This document shows positions 56,830 through 64,000 of a stretch of 64,000 nucleotides of DNA, piece by piece; the stretch's first letter is position 1; each line of letters begins with the position of its first letter. The stretch comes from Octopus vulgaris (Eukaryota): assembly GCA_951406725.2 (NCBI GenBank), contig OX597820.1, positions 81,220,001-81,284,000 of the forward strand, written 5' to 3'. The position numbers were made by a program, and so were the translations under genes. The notes below the pieces were generated by a model. That model made no database searches and was not told the DNA's origin. It saw nothing but the letters and a program-made list of their open reading frames with translations.

Positions 56830-57630
56830 AACTACATGTTGAGAGGATCATTTTGTAATATAGAACTGAAGGGAGCTACAGTAATCAGAATCAGGTTCCA
56901 AATATTAACATAGTCATTTGTGCTGAGTATGAAAAAGCAGACATCATGACTGATGCTCAATGCACTATGAGCAATGTAAAGGCTGTAAGATGTGATAAGG
57001 ACAGCTGCAACTGAGACCATGAAGCCATGACAAGCAGGCGGGAACACAGCATGCATTCTGACTGTGTCCACATGCCAGAATTCATCCAACAGCTAATGAA
57101 CAGGGCTTTAGGGTCAATTCAGATGGCCATGTGAAGCTGCTGGAAACTATGGTCAAATCCTGGCTGAAGAGGGTTGCTGCTGGAAGGTCAAATGTGTGAC
57201 AACAGGATTTGGCTTCCAGCCATATCTCCAGAGAGAGCCAAGAGTGATTATCACAGAATTTCTACAACTTCCTCAGGTCCATTTCTGGCCTCCTAATTCC
57301 CCCAGTTGTAATCTCATAGATTACTATGTGTGGAACACATTTAAGAAGGACACAACCACTCTGTCTGCAACAGCAAGGCTGAGCTGGTAGTGAAGATCAA
57401 GGAGGTGCTTGAAGATTTTCCTAGGGACACAGTGAAGTGTGCATTTGCCAAGGTTGATAGTTGTCTTGAGGCTGTAGTGGAAGGCGAGTGCAGCTACTTT
57501 GAGGAAATTGTTATATCCCAGCCATAATCTAGTTGATATTTTTTGATTGTTTAAAACAATTTTATTTGTGGATGGGAAATAGTATTTACTTTTCCTTTTC
57601 TGCAAACTGTAAAAGTTAATCTCAACACTG
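56830..57630 (+). mobile_element. Tc1/mariner-superfamily (DD37D/maT-like) deleted relic
   Basis: FWPPNSPSCNLIDYYVW; same internal junction as 34815-35475. Confidence 0.75.
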
Positions 57631-57759
57631 TGTGTGTGTGTGTGTGTGTGTGTATGTGAGCATGTACGCACACATGTATGTATGTGTGTGTGTGTGTGCA
57701 TGCGCGCACACATGTATGTATGTATGTGTGTGTGTGTACATAGTCATAAATGGCAGAGA

Positions 57760-58087
57760 AATAGTTTAATGAAATTTTATTTAACAATAAGAAAATTTAA
57801 ATATGACAAATTGTTTTGCAACTTAAAAACATGTAGATAATTTATGTCATATAAACTTTTATGTTCTTGAAACATTACATCAAGAATTTAGTATTTATCA
57901 GACTTTCTTTCAACTGAGGATGTAGCTTAAATTCTGTATTATTTTGAAGGATTTTTTACATTAATGCAGACATGTAAGTAATTTATTTATTATTAAATAT
58001 AATACAAATTATCTACATGTTTCCAAGTTACGAAACAATTTGTCAAAATATTTGAATTTTCTTATTGCTAAAATTTCATTAAACTAT
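57760..58087. repeat. Foldback with ~90-bp inverted arms and a hammerhead-like core
   Basis: 57760-57850 inverts ~57998-58087; CTGAGGA-t-GTAGCTT...AAGTTAC-GAAA-CAATTT-GTC, but helix I does not pair. Confidence 0.6.
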
Positions 58088-58409
58088 GTCATTTTCTTTC
58101 GTACTGTATATATATTCTATATATTTTGTAGAATGATAATTAAGGAGCTTTTTTATGAGTACTACTGGATTACTTGAATCTATATATTGTGACTTAAATA
58201 TATTTACATACGCATGCAGTCATCTACATACATACATATGTAGTCATCTACATACATATATGCACACATTCATCTAAAAACCATGAGTCAGAAAATACAG
58301 GTACTCATACATTTGTGGCTATATTAATATTTAAACAACTGTATTATAGATCTATTTCAGCTAGTTTTACCAGTCAGTGGGGTTCACACACAAGAGTTTG
58401 AAGAAAAAC

Positions 58410-59375
58410 CCATCTAGTTTGTGGGTGTTATGAAAAACTGGAACATAAATTACCCATGAAAGATCCTCAGAGGAAAATTTATCTAGAGTTATATCAATTG
58501 AGCAAAGATCGGAATACCTCACAATGTGATGGTTATTGCTTGCAGAGTGGAGTTGTGGTTTAGGTGCAAAGTGACATGAGGCTGATAGAGGAGGAGTAGA
58601 AAGTGGAGATTGTGTGAGTAGTCAGTCTTAATGTTATGTGTGGGTATGTATATAGGTGTTTGTATGTAATAAGTTGGATGTAATAAACCTTATAGTCAAC
58701 CCCCAGACTGCAGTAGTGGGAAGAACTAACAGTGGCTGCTCTGACATTTATATTCATGTTGCAGTCTGTACCATGAATATTAATGTCAAAAGATCACAAT
58801 GGGCATGCAAATATGCAGAAATAAGAGAACTCAACAGTAAGTCTCTTTAGGATAAGATTTAACAACCACAAATCGTCTTTTAATATCCAAGGGAAGCAAA
58901 GTGTCACAGTGCTAGCTAGGCAAATATGCCCATTGAAAGAAAGTGCCATGGGTTACAGTAGGAAGCACAGAGTACTGGAGAGATGCAAAGCTTACTTCAA
59001 GAGAAGTTGGAGGTACAGGGAATGTTTGGTGAATAAAAAAATTATAATAATTACTAAAGGACTCTTGCCACTTGGATACCTATCTAAACTGTAAAAGCAA
59101 AATTTTCCGATCCTGGACACATGAAAGGAATTATGTGCTTAGATATCTATGAACTGCACCATGAACATAGACATTATACCTTTCACCATCAGTACTTGTC
59201 TGATGGTTCAGCCCAAGGTTTACTACACTCAGCTTATCACACACACGCAACCAATCCCACACTGCAGGTTGTGACTCTTTATACTGTGAAGACACTCTGG
59301 TCCTTGCCCAAAGAATATAACTCTAGATAAATTCCAATTTTGAGTTTCTGGTTTTTCACAGAACCCACAAACTGG
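58410..59375. mobile_element. Penelope-like remnant with inverted ends
   Basis: SLFRIRFNNHKSSF...TVLARQI at ~58840-58930; ~58413-58525 inverts ~59285-59374. Confidence 0.55.
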
Positions 59376-59559
59376 CAGTGACACTTCCTGATGTCCAGTG
59401 GCAGAGAACCTTCACCATTCGTCTTACACACAACAAAAACAGTTTCACACAGTCCCACAATTCTCTAATGCACAGACATTGAATTATTGCATGCAATATG
59501 GTTTTGTTCCCTTGCAAGCATCTCAACAACCTAGGGAGAATAATTCATTGGTAGTTATA

Positions 59560-60125
59560 TAAGTACACAAGAAAATACATGACAACCTAGGGAGAATAAT
59601 CTACTGGAAGTTATGTACAAAGCTAGAATTTAACCACACTGATAAATGGTATGAACATGATCCTAGTAAAGTACAAGACAGTAAGAAATATAAAATATTG
59701 TGGAATTTTAACATTCAGATGGACAGAGTAATAGATACAAGAAGGCCTGATTTAGTAGTAGTAGACAAAGAAAATAGAAAGTGCCAGATAATTGATTTTA
59801 CAGTCCCAAATGCTGAGAAAGTCAATTATGAGAGGTATAGAGAAAATAGCAAAGTACCAGAACCTAACCACTGAGTTACAGAGACTATGAAAAGTGCATG
59901 TAAGGTGTATCCCTGTAGTTATAGGTGCATTAGGAACTATCCCTTATGATTTGAACAGATGGATAGAAGAAATAAGCATAAAGCCTAGTTTAGTACAGCT
60001 TCAGAAAACAGTGTTATTAGAGACATCTAGAATACTTAGGAGGGTTCTTGGCATCTAAGGTTATTGTAACCTGATGTTAGAAATCTTTCTTTTCAAACAG
60101 TTTAATCTGTTGTGCATATATGAAA
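59560..60125 (+). mobile_element. R4/Dong-clade 3' fragment (restriction-like endonuclease)
   Basis: KWYEH.P...KILWNFNIQMDR.I..RRPDLVVVDK....IIDF.VP...KYQ..PVVIGALG; ends in (TAA)n. Confidence 0.88.
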
Positions 60126-60730
60126 TAATAATAATAATAATGATAGTAATTCTTTCTACATAGGCACAAAGCCTGAAATTTTACAGGAGGAGGTTAGTTG
60201 CTTGAGTAGAACTTATTGACCTCAAAGGGATGAAAGGTAAAGATGACCCCAGCAGAATTTGAACTCAGAAGGTAAATGCAGATGAAATGCAGTTAAGCAT
60301 TTTGTCTGACATGGTAACAATTCTGCCACTATGCCACCTTAATAATAATTCTTTCTATTATAAGCAGAAGGCCTGAAGTTTGGGGGAAGGGGATAGGGAA
60401 TTAATTCAACCCTTGCACTCAGCTGGTACTTATTGACTCTGAAAGAATGAAAGGCAAAGTTGACCTTGGTGGCATTTGAACTCGGAGCGTAAAGACAGAT
60501 GAAATGCTGCTAAGCATTTTGCTCAGCACACTAATGATGATAATAATAATCCTTTCTTCTAAAGGCTTGAAATTTCGGGAAAGGGGACTAGTTGATTACA
60601 TCAACCCCAATGTTTCATTGGTCCTTAATTTATCAACCCTGAAAGGGTGAAAGGCAAAGTTGACCTCAGCAGTATTTGAACTCAGAATGTAAAGACAGAC
60701 AAAATGCCGCTAAACATTTTGCCAGGCGTA
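60125..60730 (-). mobile_element. Head-to-tail array of three family-B SINEs
   Basis: Same units as 45627-47150. Confidence 0.85.
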
Positions 60731-61150
60731 GTAGTGGTAATAATATCTTTATTAATATATTACATCTATATCTAATCTTTCCACATAGTGAAAAGAGTTT
60801 ACAACATATGATCTAGTAAAGGGTTATATGATGGCTGTTTTGTATTCATTCATTCACACACACTCTCTCTCTCTATTATCTACATATAACCACAAAAACT
60901 GTCCAACCAAATTACTACTATAAACAGTGAACCATTACTCCCAATACTAGATTTTAACAATAAGCAGATGATGAACTGAAAATAACTACATTTCTCATTT
61001 GGTCAACTTCCATTCATCCCATTGTTAAAGTGGTAACATTCCCATTCATATAATTGTTAAATTGGTGATCCCATGGAAGGAATGAAGTACACAACTGTTT
61101 CTGACACCCAATACTCAACATTGAAAAAATATGCAGCCAATTGCATTTAA

Positions 61151-62116
61151 CTCTTTAGCATTCAGTGAGGACATGTGTAGGCTTGAAAGAAATGAAACCA
61201 GTATGCTTTGCTAGATGTGCAATGTCAGTGTGCATGCTCAATAGAGTGTAAGCATACTGAGAGAAAAGTTAAGCGTAAGAGGTATCAGATGTGGTGTGCA
61301 AGAGAGACGACTGTACTGGCATGGTCATGTGATGTGTATGGATGAGGACAGTTGTGTAAAGAAGTGCTGATCTTTAACTGTGGGAGGAACCTGCAGTAGA
61401 GGTAGACCCAGGAAGACATGGGACAAAGTGGTGAAGCATGATCTTTGAACTTTGAGCCTCACAGAGGCAATGACTAGAGACTGAGACTTTTGGTGATATG
61501 CTGTTCTTAAGAAGACCTGTCAAGCCAAGTGAAATTGTAGTCATGGTTGATGCTGGTGTCACGTAACTGGCACCCATACCAGCGGCATGTAAAGAGCACC
61601 TTTTGAGTGTTGGGCCTCACAGAGGCAATGACTGAGATATTTGGCATTATGTTATACTTGAGAAGACCCATCAAGCTGAGCAAAATTGCAGTCATAGCAG
61701 ATACTGGTGTTAATGCAAATGGCATGCATGCCAGTGGAATGCAAAAGCACACATTACACTCTCAGAGTGGTTGGCATTAGGAAGGGCATCCAGCCATAGA
61801 AAAAGATTGCCAAATCAGATTGGAGTCTGGTGCAGCCTTTCAGCTTACCAGCCCTGGTCAAACCATCCAACCCATGCCAGCATGTACAACGAATGTTAAA
61901 TGATGACGATGATTACTCTGTTAACTTTAATGATTATTCATTTACACTATTTTGAATTAATCATGCATTATCTTGTGGCTTTGAGATTATGATGATACGA
62001 TTATTTATTTTTACAGTAACATTGTATGGTAGGTGTGAGAGGTCAGATCTGGTTGGTTTGAACATAAAATTGGTACTAAATTTGGGCCAGATATGGCAAG
62101 TTTAAATGTTAAAGGG
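61151..62116. mobile_element. piggyBac-like MITE (TTAA TSD) split by an RTE fragment
   Basis: TTAA|ctctttagcatt ... aatgttaaaggg|TTAA. Confidence 0.72.
61166..61913 (+). mobile_element. Degenerate RTE 3' fragment
   Basis: QERRLYWHGHV, RGRPRKTWD, 3'UTR, (GAT)n. Confidence 0.9.
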
Positions 62117-63657
62117 TTAAAATGCTAAACCAGTGACCCACTTCAAAGAACAGCAGTGCAACTGCCCTACATCTCAGCAGTACACAGCTTGGATCTTGTG
62201 ACATCCAGCATCCAGAAAACATACAGCCAAATATCTTACACTGGACATAACCAAGCAAGCATAACAATGAAGAAAAGAACAAAAACATAACTGAAAAAAA
62301 TAACTTTTCTATAAACTCTGCAAATTTTTTACTTCCAAACATTGTTACTAAAATAAATTTCCATCCTGCAAACTTCATGCTAACCACATGGTGACATGTA
62401 TATAACCCTAATAGTATAGCAATGTTCAACTTTCTACCTTATGTACATCACATTGTTCATAATCTGCAGACCCACATTCATGTGCATATACATTTTCATG
62501 GTATCCTATTCTCTTGTGTACACACCAATCACCATGCATTCATATCGCACATTATTCTCATACTTCAACAATTTGGCTGTTGCTATCTGATTTGCATATG
62601 AATGCTTTGTTTCAGGAGACTCAACTGTTTCTACATTTTTATTTGTTTAAACACAATAGTAACATACATTCAATATCACACATACCTTAGAATTTGCACC
62701 TTCAGAGATTGTTTCCAGACCTATGTCAATCCGAAGCTATAGTTCTCAAAATTATTTATCAGTTGCTGCACCTAGTGACATTTTACACAGCCCTATTTCA
62801 CATATTTTCTATTATTGAAATCACTACACAGCTTAACTTGACCAAACCTGTTAACACTGGCAGCTATATTCTCCAGGTATTTTCAATAAGGAAAATTAAC
62901 TACACTTTCTGCACTCTTTCTTCCAGCTATTTATCCTCTTCTCTTTATGTGACCTCACTCAGGTTATAATGTACATAGGGGAGTTTATTTATCCCAGTGC
63001 ATCCACCATGTCCTTTGTGCCTTCCAATATTTGTTTTACCCACAACAAATACTCCTGATCACAATGTCAGACACACTTGGTCTCTACACTGCTTTCAAGG
63101 CATCTATCTACTCAGCTGCACACACAAATCACCAGAAATCTTCTTCTTATACCATGGAATGAGAATATACATTTTTCTCAGCTCTTTGCAATGCAAACTG
63201 ACAGCTACACAAAATTCACACTCATTTGAATATTATATACTGCACCTTATTTACTTGAATATTGCACTCATGCAATCTCACTATTTAGATGCAATTCATA
63301 TTCAGACCTACTCAAATATGTGCTTTTGCATTCCCTCATACAACAGTTCAGATTCACTCACCAAGTGCCTAAGAAGCTTAGCTCTGATTTTCAATGTATA
63401 CTGTTTGTGTATACATTAAAAACCACATTAGTATTCACATAGTTATTGTTTATCAGCTGTAGAACATGTTAACATCAGTAGAAGAGCCTGTATTTTGATT
63501 TTGTTCATTGTTATGAAGCCTACTATCTGATAGGGGAGTAATGTATCAGGCCTATATTTTGATTCAAACACCAGACATGTTTTGAATTAGCAAATTCTTT
63601 GTAAATGATAACTAAAATTTTGGCCAATTGAGTAGTAATATCAGCAAAAATCTGGCC

Positions 63658-63960
63658 CAGTGGTTTCCAACTGAGGTCTACATGACCCCTGTTGGTCCAT
63701 GCAAGCAAAATAGTAAATAGTATATTAAGGGTCCATGAAAACATTTTGCTTTAGATGTATTTATTGTAAGAAATGGTCAGGTTTAATTTTCTAATGTTTT
63801 ACATAGTTCAACTTACACCAATAACTGTGTGATGAACAAAATAGAAATTTTGAAAGAAATACCTATAAACTAGTTTTTACACATCAAATGGCAATGGGAA
63901 TACACCAAAGTAAAGTAGCAATGAAAGGGGTCCAGAGGTAAAAAATGTTGAGAACCACCT
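63658..63960. mobile_element. hAT-type MITE with 8-bp TSD
   Basis: TIRs cagtggtttccaac / gttgagaaccacct; TSD ATCTGGCC at 63650-63657 and 63961-63968. Confidence 0.85.
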
Positions 63961-64000
63961 ATCTGGCCAATATGTGAATAACTCCCAGATTTTTCAGTAA

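Overview
AT-rich, repeat-dominated animal DNA. The SINE families and microsatellite load suggest a coleoid cephalopod, probably Octopus (inference). Most of the window is transposon-derived. It holds a decayed Ty3/Gypsy gag-pol, a CR1-group LINE with an open ~935-codon APE-RT frame, and a near full-length RTE LINE (one frameshift, PHD-type finger, tandem 5' promoter-like units, structured 3'UTR repeats). It also holds many Penelope-like (GIY-YIG) remnants, R4/Dong fragments, Tc1/mariner relics, hAT and piggyBac-like MITEs, three tRNA-derived SINE families and very long (TA)n tracts. The only host-gene signal is a probable short first coding exon on the minus strand (43014-43060). Highlights: a set of minimal type-I hammerhead ribozymes with palindromic helix III, including a G3-C8 core swap and an A6U family; a locally templated multi-fragment insertion near 8.0 kb; and covarying pseudoknot/hairpin repeats in the RTE 3'UTR. 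All RNA structures were paired by eye and are untested.
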